From the NCBI GenBank assembly GCA_050575255.1, contig JBNZDD010013567.1, positions 342,842 to 406,841 of the forward strand: a DNA stretch of 64,000 nucleotides, read 5' to 3'. The position numbers and the translations under genes were made by a program. Position 1 is the first letter of the stretch, and every line of letters starts with the position of its first letter. The stretch is from Harriotta raleighana (taxonomy: Eukaryota). This document shows positions 23,865 to 36,642 of the stretch, piece by piece. The notes under the pieces are model-generated. The model made no database searches, was not told where the DNA came from, and saw only the letters and a program-made list of their open reading frames with translations.

Positions 23865-25100
23865 TTGGCATGAAGAGATATCAATGCAGTTTCAGCAACA
23901 ATGCTCACAATGCTTACACACAAGTCCTGATGCAGAGCTACATTTAATTAAGCTAATTTATAGTTTCTGGTCAGATTTTCCATAGACTAATAGGCCATTC
24001 CTGTGAGCTATAACCCACAGGTACAGCACACATTGACACCTTTACAATGTTTTCAGATGAACAATCACAATCTTGCAAGAAGGGTAGAGTTCACCACCTG
24101 GACTGTTAAAAAGATCACCTATTTGTGCCATTATAAGCAGCAGTTGCTCAAAGTAGTAATAAAACCTGTTAAAATATTTTCACAAACGAATCACTGAAGC
24201 GAGATGCAAGCCTGTACTAGCTACAGACATCCTATTACACATGTTGGCTGCTCCAAATGACATTTCAACTACTTGGGTTTTTGATCATAAAAATCAGGTC
24301 AGTTCCTCTTCATTGCATTTCATGACCTAAATGGATTCCAGAACTGTTGGAAATAGCCATATTTTCAATATCCCATGTTGCCACAGACACAAAATGTGCA
24401 TTTATTGCCCCAAAGAGAGAAATTCTGTTTAGTTTTCCAATCTGAACCTTGGTAGACAAAAGTGAAAAATACCCAGGAATTTTAAAGGGGACTGAAAGGA
24501 TTGCTCTTAAAATAGCCAGCACTGATACACTGGGCCAAATGGCAAACTTATGTGCACGCAAATGTCTATGGCTCTACTGTTCACAATCAAATAATATTGG
24601 TCATCAATTGAGTGAATCACAGCATCTTATTTTTCTGGGTTTTCCCTCAAAGAAGAAAACCAAAGAATGAATAATAACGATGGTACTGTAATAAGCTATT
24701 TCCCGTAATTTAATGAAATATTTATTGACGTGTTGAACCTTTTTACTAATACTTTTGACTTCAACAGAAAACAAATACATGTAGTACTTTTATTTCAAAA
24801 CTGATGGTTTCACCTGAGAGGTATGCATGTAGTCCACATATGGGAAGGAGTACTGTACCATATTACTAATTGCATTTATTGCGTGGACTGTATTTAAAAT
24901 TTATATCAAATGACATTCAAGAAAATCACAAGGACACTGAGCTTTTCCAATAAATTCCCTGCTGCTGTTTTTCTTTTGCTCTTCACATAGAGAAAGACTT
25001 TTTCCACATTTTATTACCTCTGCAATTTGTAGTGCATTGAAGACGTTTCCTCTTGTTTTGCTATTTGTTATAGCTATTTTGCTATTTGGGTATATTAAAT
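23865..25100 (-). pseudogene. Paramyxovirus-like receptor-binding protein head, antisense EVE
   Basis: Minus strand, colinear: FNALQIAEVIKCGKSLSL (cf. YQVLQIG / GEVLDRGDEVPSL), FAIWPSVS (cf. AALYPSVG), RFYYYFEQ...MAQIGDL, SPGG, CVSIVSI (cf. CISIVEI). Confidence 0.55.
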
Positions 25101-26399
25101 GTTTGTGGTGTGTGTGCATGTATGTGTGGTCTCAAAGATTTTACGAGTTGAGTTCAAATTGAATTTGATCCTCTTATGTTTATTTCAGGGTTGTTGCTTA
25201 GTTGTTGGTCGAGTGACAAGGATTCGAATCTGTATGGCACCTCTTGAGTATTCGTTTCCGCACTCTGTGACACAGCTGTGTTGTCAAGTTTTGACTTCAG
25301 GTATGGGATACTTAATCAACATTATCCTGCAATCCTCTTTTCATATTTTCAAACTACAAATAAGTTGATATGTCCTTCAGAATCGATCTTTAAATTTATT
25401 TAAGTGTTTTCTTAAACATATGCAATTTTTTACTAGCAACAACATTTGCTCAGTCTTGTTTGCCAATTATGGCATAAGTCTTCTCCCTTTCATATGTGTT
25501 GAAATTATGCCATTTTCAGTTTTGTCTTATGTTAGCTGTTTATCTCCTTGAATTTGCAAAATAATGTGTGGTTCTTCACTCTTTTCAACAAACAATGGTT
25601 TGATGATTACTTGCAATTCCTCATTAATAACCATCTATTGTATTCAACTATGTTACCCTGCTCACTCTTTGTGTGCTCTCAGATAGGATTGGAACTGTGT
25701 CCTTCTTCTGGAGACTAAATTCACAAATATTTCTTATGGAGATCTTCCAGTTTCTGGTCTGTTTCTAATTCCACCATTGTAAAAGACCTTCTGCTTGCCA
25801 ATGTTTGAAACACACAAATTATTAAAATTACTGGTTAAATCTTAGAAGAAAGTTAATACTCGCAACTATATGAAAACTAGCTACATATTTAACTCTGTTA
25901 CACACATTACTCTGTACTGATTTTGTTTTACTGTTTCTGTTTCTCTGTTTTATAATTTTCCTCTTGAACAATTCAGGTTACCAGCTTTGTAAAGCTGGAC
26001 ATTTGTTAAAGGACATTTGTTAAAAGTATAATTTCATTGGTATATTTTTGCTTTAACAATTGCAAATTCTGTTTAAATAATTGATTTTTGGGGGGCACAC
26101 TTTGAATGGATTGTAAAATACGTACAATAAAATACAATCTACTTTATATAGTGCGTTTCAACATCAGAGGATATCTCAAAATGCTGTACATAGCTCAAGT
26201 GTTATTAATTTGTCTTCTTTTTTAAAACCAACGTTTCCACTATTTGTATTGTGTTTTATAAAGTGCACGTTAAGTATGACTAGCAACTACAAGCAAAGGT
26301 GAAACAATCCTCACTTTATGACAATGTAAGATGAGAGTAAACTTTTATGCAAAGTCTGATGAAATTGCAAATTGCAGTTTTGATATTTTCTGGACTTAA

Positions 26400-26920
26400 A
26401 CCAATCATATATCTATAGCTAATAAGTGCAATCTGCTCCCAGAACATGAGCTGCACTGGTTAAAGCAATTTACAGCTGGATACAAAATCATTGAGAAATT
26501 CAGCTGTTGAAATAATTTATGGATGATGTGGGTTATAAGAGATGGTCCCAGACTATTACAAAATGGATCCAAGGGGAAAAAAGTTGCCAGCTGTACTGAG
26601 GTCTGTGACAGAATTTCAATTAAGTTTCAAATTTGAAGTTAGACTACAATAAAATGCAGAGCAGTATTGTTGGAATTTTTCTTGATTTGGAACTACTGAT
26701 TTCTTAAAGCATTTGAAAAGGATCATTTAAAGTGTTCTATCACTGCGTTGGTCATGCGAAATACACACAGATCTCACCCGTGAAATGTGTGCAATTATTG
26801 TGGACACTGGAAGCTTTTGATGTGTTTTCTGCCATGTTATGTTTATTTCGTAATAGGTCCTAATTTTGTTTTGTTTAAATTCAAGTGAACTCTGGCTATC
26901 AGATTTTCCCAGGATCCAAT
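26400..26920 (+). pseudogene. Paramyxovirus-like matrix (M) remnant, EVE
   Basis: SNLQLDTKSLRNSAVEIIY (cf. DLRITVRRT...EMIVY), PRGKKLPAVL...LSFKFEVRL (cf. GIYMIPRTM...IAFNLLVYL), FVIGPNFVLFK (cf. DVLGPSVLVK). Confidence 0.45.
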
Positions 26921-27469
26921 CTGTATTTTTGATGCCTTTTTTATATATTTGTAAATTTAATCACTTATAAACAGGTAACAAAATACAAAACACAACAATG
27001 GAAGCAATTAAACTGTTTCTATAGTTTGGATCTGAAGTTACATGACACTATTTATAACTTCCTGTTTAATGTTTCCAACTCAGGGGCCATATTTCCCCCT
27101 TTCTTTGGCTGGAAATGTCTGGTTCATTGAGTTCTTTGACTGCTATCAGTACTAGTCTAGGGGTGTCTGATCTGCTTACAGGAGGTTGGCCTTGGCAGCA
27201 CTCCCCTTCTTTTCTCTTTCCCGACCACTCTTTCTAACAGTGTTGTTTTTTTCCCATTCTCCCTCATACTTGTAATTTAATTTGAATTTAATTTGTTTAA
27301 AATGTAATTTTTGTTGTTGTTGTTCTTGTTTAATTGTTCCTGTTTGCATCCTGGATTGTTCTCAAGTCTTGAATTTATTTGGAACCATCAAAAATATTCA
27401 ATGATTTACTGCTCATATGATTGTGTTGTTTATGAACACTACAGTCATATAATACAGGGACAAAGTAAC

Positions 27470-28420
27470 TTCACTCCATTCTATTTTGTATATGTTTTAT
27501 TGTTTCCCTCTGCACTGACACTGCTTGAACGTTGAGCCAAATTATGTGAACCTCTATGTCGGAGACAGTTATTGCTCTGGGAGGTATGGTTAGGGGAGGG
27601 AAAGCGATAATACAGAATGTTGTTCTTAAAAACAGAAGTTCAGTTTAGTGGCACAACATGGTGCTTCACGTGGAACCTGACTTAAGTTAAGTGATGTTCT
27701 GGGCAGGTCGTAACTATAATCACTCAGTGCTCAATGGGTTGCATGTCTCATGTCTGATATAACCTGGAAGGAATCTGTCTGAATATTCACAAGGGCTGCA
27801 ATTTGAAATGGTCTCTTGTTGTGTGCGATGACACAATGTTTCATGGACCATCCTAAGGTGAGGTTTGTTTCTATAACAGTCATATATTTTGGTAGCGTAA
27901 GAGTTACAAGATGAAAATACAGCTGGGTGTTCATGTGTTGAGTAAGTCAGGCTGGCTCTGAACAACCATGTCAATTTCATAAACCCTGGTGCCAGGGATC
28001 TTTCAGTCCAATCGGTTTGGTTCTGGAGTGGATGATCTTTTAAGTTTAATGAACATATTACCAATTTAAATCACCAACAGATTTGGCGGACACGTGAATG
28101 AGCTAATCATACTGTACTTGCACCAAAGATACTAACAGTTTCACTTTGAAGGTGTATTTGCCAAAAATAAACTTGGGATATCAAAAGCCTCAGGCATTGG
28201 CAACTATCACATTTGTGAGCAAACACTTGGCAGTGTTGTATAACATTATTTATGATTCAACTATTGCTTTCTGACATCAGTAAAAATAGATAATTATCTT
28301 GTTCCAATGGGCAATGTATCAAAAATTCAAAAGCATTTATCACGAACCTGTCAAGGGGTGTTTCAACAAAGCCTTCTGACTGCTTCTATTATTGTTGATA
28401 ATATCAAAGCAGTGATATTC
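27470..28420 (+). pseudogene. Paramyxovirus-like fusion protein (signal peptide, F2, cleavage site, F1 start), EVE
   Basis: Hydrophobic leader FYFVYVLLFPSALT, LGGMVRG...MVLHVEPDLS, KVR/FVSI, ELQD...VRLALNNH...INPGARDLSVQS...GVDDLLSLM (cf. TSPALTQLTIQAL...GNMDYLL), DTNSFTLKVYLPKI. Confidence 0.6.
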
Positions 28421-28699
28421 ATAAAATAAAACAAAGTACCTTTCCAGATCACTGCAATATTGAAGGATTAGGAATAAGATGTTAACTTCTTTTCATTCTG
28501 TGCTACTAATACAGCACTTCTTTTGTTTATCATTCTGAATATTGAAATGCAATCCTCTTATTTGTAATACTGCATATGGAAGTCAGGGTGTTTGTGGGCA
28601 GAGATTGGAATGGGTTCAGGAAGAGTAAACCTATAGATTTTTTTGAGAAGGTGTCTCATTGTGGGTAGATAATTTAAATTAATGTAAATTAAACATAAT

Positions 28700-28932
28700 C
28701 CTTCAATATTTAGATGTTGGCTCTGGCAAAATAACTAGAGGGGAGATGAATTGTTATGATCTGCCTGACGGAAGCAGATTCAATAATAACTTTCATAAGG
28801 ATATATACTTGAACAGAAAAATATTACAAGCTGTGGGGAAAGAGTGTGACTAATTGGATAGCTTTTCCAAAGAACCGGCACAGTACAATAGGCTAAATGG
28901 CTTCTAGCTATGATTCCATATAATATTCTATG
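28700..28932 (+). mobile_element. CR1 LINE 3' fragment
   Basis: ttggatagcttttccaaagaaccggcacagtacaataggctaaatggcttc; same family as 40010, 41945 and 61105. Confidence 0.7.
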
Positions 28933-29620
28933 AAATTCCCTATTATAAATCCAAGCCTTATGCACTGACAAGAAAATAAATGCCTCTTATTGGAAAACCA
29001 GCTTTGTGACTTTATTTTTGTTGATCAGTCTTTGACAACACACTATTTACTATTGCTATTCACTATTGCTATTTACATTAGCGACAAATGGGAACCTTTT
29101 CCTTTTAGTTTTTTTTATTAAAAAATCTCGAAAACCCTGGCAAAGGAATTGGAAATGATTAATAACCAAACACTGAATATGTCCGAGCAATATAAGACTG
29201 TTGCCAACACAACCAAACATTTTGTACGTTGAATCTGAATGTTTTCTGAATTACTTGGAAATAATTGAAAATGTGCTGGGCCCCTTCAGTTCTCAGTTTA
29301 CATTAATTGGTTTATCTAAACTCAGTGCAAGATAGTTACATATGATCCTAGGCTAGAAGAAACTGTGAGTTCCGAAATGGCAGCCAGGATCTTATGCTAC
29401 AATTTATATATATATAGAACGTCTTTCACATTGGGAGGATGTCTCAAAGCGCTTAGAAAACAAAGAGGCTGACATCGGATGTAGTGCGGATAATCACCGA
29501 TAAATGAAGTTCAATACTTAAAAGCAAATCACTGCACAGGTGATTTTTTTTAAAAAAAGGCACAAATAGTTACTGGCTGAATTAGAACAGGCAAAGGGTT
29601 GAATCAGGCCCAGAGATGCC

Positions 29621-29755
29621 AGTGCTGATGAAATGTCATGGATCTGAAACGTTGACTCACTTTCCTGTCTCCATAGATGCTGCCTGACCTGCTGAGTGTT
29701 CCCAGCGATTTCTGTTTATGTTTTAGATTTCCAGCGTCTGCAGTATTTTGCGTTC
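29621..29755 (+). mobile_element. Penelope-like element terminal repeat carrying a minimal hammerhead ribozyme motif
   Basis: agtg CTGATGA a atgtc atg gatct GAAAC GTT gact, followed by sequence shared with the arms of the 36247 element. Confidence 0.7.
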
Positions 29756-29869
29756 ATATATTGCTCAAAATAAGCAAATGCAAAATAAAAGGCAAACAGA
29801 ACACTGTACTTTGGTTATATTAGCAAATCAAAACCTCAGAAGTCCTGCTCAGGCTGTAAGATGATCTAG

Positions 29870-29972
29870 TCAGGAAAACTGTGATGTACTGAATATAGTT
29901 TTGGCTACCACAACATAATGAGACTGCTGAGGCACTGAAGACAGAAAAGAGAAGAGCAATGAAGCTGTTACA
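29870..29972 (+). mobile_element. CR1 ORF2 fragment
   Basis: Degenerate YCxQFWxPH...EALExxxRRAxKL-like coding stretch; similar stretch at 61005-61100. Confidence 0.5.
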
Positions 29973-31321
29973 TGGTTAATGCACAAAGATAACACCTAGA
30001 TAACACTGATGAACCCATATGGATGCCCTAGTTGAGAAGTTAATCTGCATCTACATTTGGTAGTGTCAGTCAGAGTCAGGAGGTGACAATTTGCATTTTG
30101 CTTTATATTGCAGCTAGCAAAGAATGCATGCAGATATACTCTCCATGTAAAATCGTTGCAGGCACTCCTGTAAACATCTTGTTCAGCCTCTATCTTGCCA
30201 AAGATTTGTTCGCCCCCACCCGTTAGTTTTGAATAAAACTAGCTTTAAGCTGTTAGAAATAAAACATAAAAGAAACACAAACACACACACATATAAACAC
30301 AGGTTTGAGTCATTCACAGCAATTCCCTGTCCTCTGCACCCTCACCCAACCTGGGCCTTCAAGTCTGGCAAACTTCCACAAACAAAGTTTAGAATTCTGA
30401 ACATGATTAAAATAAATTGGTTCTTGCTGGCTACCCAGCAAAATCTTCTTAGTATGTGTATGGGTGCGTCTCTCTTTTCTTTCTCTCCCCATATGGCCCG
30501 TCCCCCATCCCCCCCACTTTTTTTTCCCCAAAACAGCACATGTCTCTTCTGTAGCCAGACTAATTCACAAATGCCAAAAAAATTCGTAGTCACATGGGCT
30601 TTTAAATCTCTTGTCCAATGAGAAACTGCTACAAATCTCATGGACCACAGTACCAGACTCCCATGTGATCACTTCAGCCATCCACGTGATTCATTTTCAA
30701 ATTGCACTGTTTTTAAACATTACCCCCACCACCCCCCTGTGGGGATGTATGTGCCAAATGTTTCTACTGGAAAAACAGTAAAATGAGAATTCAGTGTCTT
30801 CCAAAGTGACAGAATACAGTTCACTTTCAGCTACATTTCTTTTGGATTACCTTTGATTTCCTTTCTTACAAACCACCACGTTTTGAAATCTTTATACAAA
30901 TATGTTTGTGACTTTAGAGTAGAAATATCATTGACAGATTGCCAAAACATAATTTGGCAGATTAATTTTAATTTAATTTTCATGAACAGCTTTGGCAGGA
31001 AAAATCAGATAACTCCGCCAAATGGTTTCATGTGATGTACCCATTTCACTCCGGCTATAATTTAAAACTGTTGGTGGGAGGAAAAACAAGCCTTAGACTA
31101 ATATCTTTCCTATAAACCATTGTTTAATTCTTTCCCACTTAATAGAAATTCACAGAAATGGGAAGGTGCTAGGAAATGAAGGGATTATCTGTTCATAGAT
31201 CAGGTCAATGTTTACTAGGCCTGAACATGCCACTTTGTACTTGAAGCATGGAACGGCTGGTGGGGAATTGTTGAAAGTTTATTTTTAATCTTTTAGAATT
31301 CTGAGTTGCAGTGCGATACTT

Positions 31322-31505
31322 TGCAATGATTTATATTTATATAGCACTATTCATGTCACTAGACATGTCACCCGAGCTGAGGTCTGGAGTGGAGGAACTG
31401 AAGAAGGTGAGGAGGGGAGAAAACATTGATCGAAAGCACGGTCAAATAGCTGAGGCTTGAAATGGGCTTTGAATGTGGGCTAGGGGTTGCAGGAGGGTGG
31501 AAACG
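31322..31505 (-). mobile_element. L2 3' end
   Basis: atttatatagcactattcatg followed by G-rich reverse UTR (ggcttgaaatgggctttgaatgtg). Confidence 0.6.
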
Positions 31506-31559
31506 TCAGAGGGACAGAATAGATGGTGGTCATCCTGAGGTATTAAAATAGAGCACAAA

Positions 31560-31910
31560 ATAATGGATTCCCCCAATCATGTTATTTTACGTACTAAGTG
31601 TATCAACATGTGCTGATGTGAATTTATCAATGTGAACAGAATCCTTGAGCCATTTCTCTTTTTTGTTGTTGAGTGCTTTATCATTTGGAGGTTTAGAAAC
31701 ACTACTTTGTACCCTTTACAACAGGAAGAACGTCGGATGTTTGCATGCAACATTCAGCTTTAATAAATGGACTGCTAATAACTTGCTTTGTCGCTCAGGT
31801 ATTCGGGCAGCCAACACTTGAGGTTGATTGATGGGATGACATTTATGGTGTACAGTCAGATGGGAAAGAAGCCAGTGATCATATTAATGGAAAATGTATG
31901 AATGCCAAAG
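31560..31910 (+). pseudogene. Paramyxovirus-like fusion (F1) Cys-rich fragment, EVE
   Basis: WI...PNHVILR...ADVNLSM.TES (cf. EWYIPLPSHIM...ADVKECIE), GRTSDVC, ALINGLLITC (cf. ALSNGVLFANC), YSQMGKKPVIIL (cf. ISQSGEQTLLMI). Confidence 0.55.
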
Positions 31911-32744
31911 GTGATAAATTGAAATGACAGAATAGAGTCTACTGGTTTGGCAGTGGGGCTCACTATAATACCTGCAGCAGTGTTTATTGAAATGAGGTGA
32001 AGTGATAGACTTTTGTGCAATCATAATTTCCCCCCACCCCATGCATTCAATGAATTAATTAAGCCATCTTTAAACATTTTTAAATATTTCCATTTTTGCA
32101 AGAAAAATTATGGTGAACTGTAAAATGCTGTGTAAAATTTTTTTTTGTTTACAGGTGAACAATACTGTGGGGATGAGGGTGTTTTTATCCGAAACATTCA
32201 CCCTATAAACACTTCTAACTGTATGCATAATTACTTGCACCTGAAGTGAGACTTTCCTACCTGTATCTATAAAATTGCATCTCAATAGTGATAATTATTG
32301 TATTGCGCCTTTCATATTGTGGTTGTTCATGATGTGAAAACAACAATGACAGCTTGCATTTATATAGTGTAGCCTCCCGGAGGACATTACAAAACGCTTC
32401 ACTGGATATATTGGAAAGTGCAGTGACTGAGCATTTATTTCTCTAGGCTAAAAAAGGTGTAGAAATTTAATTGGAACAATCCACTTTTCATTGCCTTTAG
32501 TCATTTAGAACAGTTTTTCCATGCTGAATATGAATTTTGGAGATCGACCATAATTAGATCTAATTGTGGATAGTACTGAACTATGTATTTATGAATGAGT
32601 ACTCAGATCGGTAACTCCATGGATATCAAGTGGGAGATTTGACAAAAGGTAGGCCACCACTGCCCTAGAGGGAGACAGACTGCCCAAAGATTGTTGAATC
32701 ATTGATGCCCATGTCAGTTATTTAAAAAAAAATGTCTCTACAAA

Positions 32745-33140
32745 GCGAGGAGACATTTCTATATGCCTCACTGAGAAAGTCTTCCTCATCATGTTGAAGC
32801 TCCTTACAAATGATTATTACCAAATCTAGTGATTGTTTTGTATGCAAGCAAGGCAGCTTTTTGAGCAGCAGGATATTGCAGCCACCCAGAGCTGGATGAC
32901 TCATTATTCTGGAAATAGGGTCCTCAGGAAATGTAAGAAACGACTTTCGTTTTTCCAACAGTGCCATGAGATCTTGTAACATTCACCTGAATAGGCAGGT
33001 GACATTTCAGTTTAACGTCTCATTTGAAAGATAGCAATGCATCTTGGACTGTCCTATAATGTCAACCTCAATAAGAGTTCAAGTCCTCAAGCTGGGTCTT
33101 GAGCCCAGTGGTGAGAGTGCTACCAACTGAACCAAGCTGC
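32745..33140 (-). mobile_element. Old Deu-domain SINE (SacSINE1/AmnSINE1-like)
   Basis: agtgccatgagatcttgtaacattcacctga...gtttaacgtctcatttgaaag...gagagtgctaccaactga is the reverse complement of the Deu core and tRNA head. Confidence 0.75.
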
Positions 33141-33261
33141 CCATAATGAAACAAACCATGACGGGCTTCCATTTCTGTTTAGCAGGGCAAAATCTATGGA
33201 AGGATACAGTTTATGCATTCAAATATTTCTATATATTAATATTTCTTTCATTCTTATTATT

Positions 33262-33365
33262 CACCCACAAATATAGTCAATTCACTTTACAGTATATATA
33301 GTATCCTCAGCTTTAAGATGTCGATAAGATGTGAAAAGCGTTATATCAAATGCAAGGATTATTTG
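33262..33365 (+). mobile_element. SINE 3' tail
   Basis: cccacaaatatagtcaattcactttacagt...aagcgttatatcaaatgcaaggattatt. Confidence 0.85.
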
Positions 33366-33774
33366 TTTATTACCTTTAATCTGAGACAGGAATTTTATCA
33401 AAGTGCTTATTGATATGATGATAAACTCAAAGTGGGGCATCTTTGCTCTACTTTTGTGCAGCCTTTTGCCCCCAACAGAACAGAATGGTGACACTTAATC
33501 ATAACTGTATCTCTATGGTATAAACAACCCCCATATGAATTAATCCTGTTGGGTCCATGCATTGATACCTTGAGGATTGCAGCTATGTACAGACACATGA
33601 AAGGAGCAGATCCTGAAGCTGAAGGCACTTTTTTTTTTCTAATTTGTGCTCGAATGGGCAAATGACCAAATATATGTTATTCTGCTGAGTAGCCAGCTCG
33701 AAGACAAATATTTGCATTCTGTCCTACATTCTATCCTACATCTCTGACTTGATGAAAATAAGTTTTAAAAAAAT

Positions 33775-34290
33775 AAAGTAAACTGCAGAGGTGGAAATCT
33801 GAAACAAGACCAAATGTAGGAAAATCACAGCAGGTCGATAGATCCGTGTCTGGAGAACAAATTATAGATTACGATGTCAGGCTTGGCACTTCATAACCAC
33901 TGAGATGGTGGCTACAGAGGCCCCTTAGGAAGATGGTAAGTAAAGAACACAAACATTGTAAAGATATTAGAAAATGTTTAAAGCAGGATGTGGTTTCGCT
34001 GGGCCATAAGCAAAGATGAAATAGTATTAATTGGAGGCTTGGGGGTGCGGGAGAGAAAGCCAATGAGACAGTAAGAGGAATGTAAAATTTCATTGCAGCT
34101 TAGAGAAATGGGAGAAACTCAAGCCTGGATGGTGGGATGGGGAGGGAAGAGACTGCTAACATTTGAGTGTGCCAGTCAGTATTCAACAATTCTATTCTTG
34201 TAGGTTAAACAATGTAGAGGGTCATGGATAGAGAGGTCACAGTGAAATTGGGAGCGTATGTTGAAGTGGTAGATGACACTATAATTACAT
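33775..34290 (-). mobile_element. Degraded Penelope-like remnant
   Basis: aaactgcagaggtggaaatctgaaacaagaccaaatgtaggaaaatcacagcaggtc resembles the left arm of the 36247 element; purine-rich continuation, boundary uncertain. Confidence 0.45.
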
Positions 34291-35267
34291 GGGGATCGAT
34301 CAGAAGAGGCATAAACAGGAGACAGGGAGAGTTTGAATTCCACTAATGTGTCTCCTCAATGTCTTATGAAGGCTTCTCCAGTCCTATGTCCCAGGTCTTA
34401 GAAAAGTTCTCACCCAAAATGTTGACCTTTCTCTTCATGATCTTAATGGAATGTTTGTATAATTCATTACTTGAAAAGAATTGCAGCTTTTCTACATTTT
34501 CCCAAATCTGGATTTTAATGGCAATTTTGTTCTTTCTATCTACTTCTCTTTCATCTATTATATTGCCCAAAAAACTGCAGGCAAGCTTGACTTTAGTCAA
34601 GTTGAAATGTGTTTTTAGTATTTTTTTTAAAACCAAGCTTCCGATGAACTTTAATAGTTGACATGCTGATAGTTCTCATTCTGTACTTTGATCGTGCCGT
34701 TGTAGAAATAACAGAGTGGACGTGAATTTGTCATGTGAGGAGCAGTAACCTGAGAAAGGCCTGAAGGGATCAGGAAGATGGGGCTGTCAAAACAATCAGG
34801 AAGACAGGATGGAACAGCAGGAGAGATCTTAGAAAGAGCTTCATTGTGATAGTGAGTTCAGTTTTGATAGGAAACGAGAGAGAAAGAGAGAGAGGGAGTA
34901 ATCAGAAGATCAGAAGTACAGGATGGAGCAGCGGGGAAGAAATGTTGAAAAGAATTTCATTTGGCGCCGATTTTGTTTCATCTTTTGACAAGAGAAGAGC
35001 CTGTTGAGCCCTGGGAGGAGGATTGTAATGTGTTGCCTATGAGCCCCAATGCACTCATAGTCACACAGTAAATCCATCCCTTAGTGCTGAAGATGAAAGA
35101 GCAAAGTTCCCAAACCCACTGTGCCACCGTGGCTTGTTGTGTCTTCCAATGTTGAGCTTCACAATTTCCATTTTGCGAATGATATTTAACAAACGACATC
35201 TGACATATAACCAGAAGTAAAACTTGCAAGAATAATACAATGACAAACATCTGGTGTCAGCCTGGCC

Positions 35268-35722
35268 CAGTGCTAGCATTCTTGCCTCTGATTCAGAAGG
35301 TTGTGAGTTCAAGCCCCACATTGGGATACAAAATCAAATAGTCTAAAGAGTGCTCGGGGTGTTTTGCATTGTCCGAGGCGCCATCCTTCAGATGAGATGT
35401 TAAGTCAAAATCTCATCTGCCTGTTCAGGAGGATGTTAAAGATCCCATGCACTACCTGAAGAGAGAAGGGAGTTTCTCCCACTGTCATGGCTAACAATCA
35501 CCCACATAAAATTGGTCATTCCATGGCTGTTTGTGGGACATTGCTGTGCGCAACTGGCTGCAATGTGTCCCCCACAAAATATATAGTCAATTCACTTTAC
35601 AGTACTGTATATTCTGTGAAGTGCTTTGAGACANATAGAAGACATGATAATGCATAATATCAAATGCATTATATCCTGTGAAGCAGTTTGAGGCATCGTA
35701 ATGACTTGAAAATACACTGTAT
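35268..35722 (+). mobile_element. Deu-domain SINE with duplicated tail
   Basis: tRNA-like head, Deu core (gaggcgccatccttcagatgagatgttaag...aaagatcccatgcact) and family tail present twice. Confidence 0.85.
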
Positions 35723-36246
35723 CAAATGCAAAGATTATTAATATGATGAACATTTGTATGGAGATCCCCTGAAATCTCTGGTAATTTTCTTTTACAGACC
35801 ATTGTCGGACAAAAATAAATTTAAATGTTTCCAGATTTTTTTAGGTTTCTTGTAGGATTTATTTAGTGTTTTTGTTAATGGCCAGCTTTAATAATGTGTT
35901 ACAACTACATTTTTGCATTGGTTTCATTGAATCAGTCTGAAAATCAGTTAAATTTTAATGTGTGGTTCTTTTCCAAACATCTTAGAAAGTTTAAAGGAAA
36001 TTCAGCGAAAATCTGTTAAAGGAGTAGGACGAGCAATCATGATGTTCGTCATTCCAGTGCATTTGCAGATACAGTACATTGAATTCAATTTGATTTTTAA
36101 CGGTGAATTAAGTAATGCTGTTGGGAAGTGATATTAAATTCAATTAAAGTGCAGTCACAGCAAGTCTCACTCCACTACAGTCTTATTTTATTATCCCAAC
36201 AATAGGAAATTCTGCATTCAACGCAATAGGCTACCATTGTTGACTA

Positions 36247-36487
36247 AACACAAAATACTACAGATGCTGGGAATCTGAAACAAAAACAGAAGTTGCTGAG
36301 GAAACTCAACAGGTCAGGCAACATCCATGGAGAAAGGAAAGCAAGTCAACGTTTTGAGTCAATGTTTCGGGTCCATGACCCTTTGTCAAAAGTTCTGACA
36401 AAAGGTCGTGGACCTGAAACGTTGACTCACTTTCCTTTCTCCATGGATGTTGCCTGACCTGCTGAGTTTCCCCAGCAACTTCTGTTT
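36247..36487. mobile_element. Palindromic Penelope-derived element with hammerhead motifs and 16-bp target-site duplication
   Basis: Inverted arms of about 100 bp centred near 36391; flanked by ctaccattgttgacta at 36231-36246 and 36488-36503. Confidence 0.85.
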
Positions 36488-36642
36488 CTACCATTGTTGA
36501 CTATTTTGTTTGCCAGTTACCCTGACCAAAAACACAGATTCCCATTTCATTGCTATTCGAGATGGAAAATGAAAGTATTGTACCCCAACATTTTCTTCAA
36601 GAAATCATTCATGACTGAGGGTCATTTGGCATGATTATCACT

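Noticed and set aside
34359-34661. Overlapping ORFs on both strands
   Set aside because: No motif I can recognise and no convincing splice context; left unassigned.
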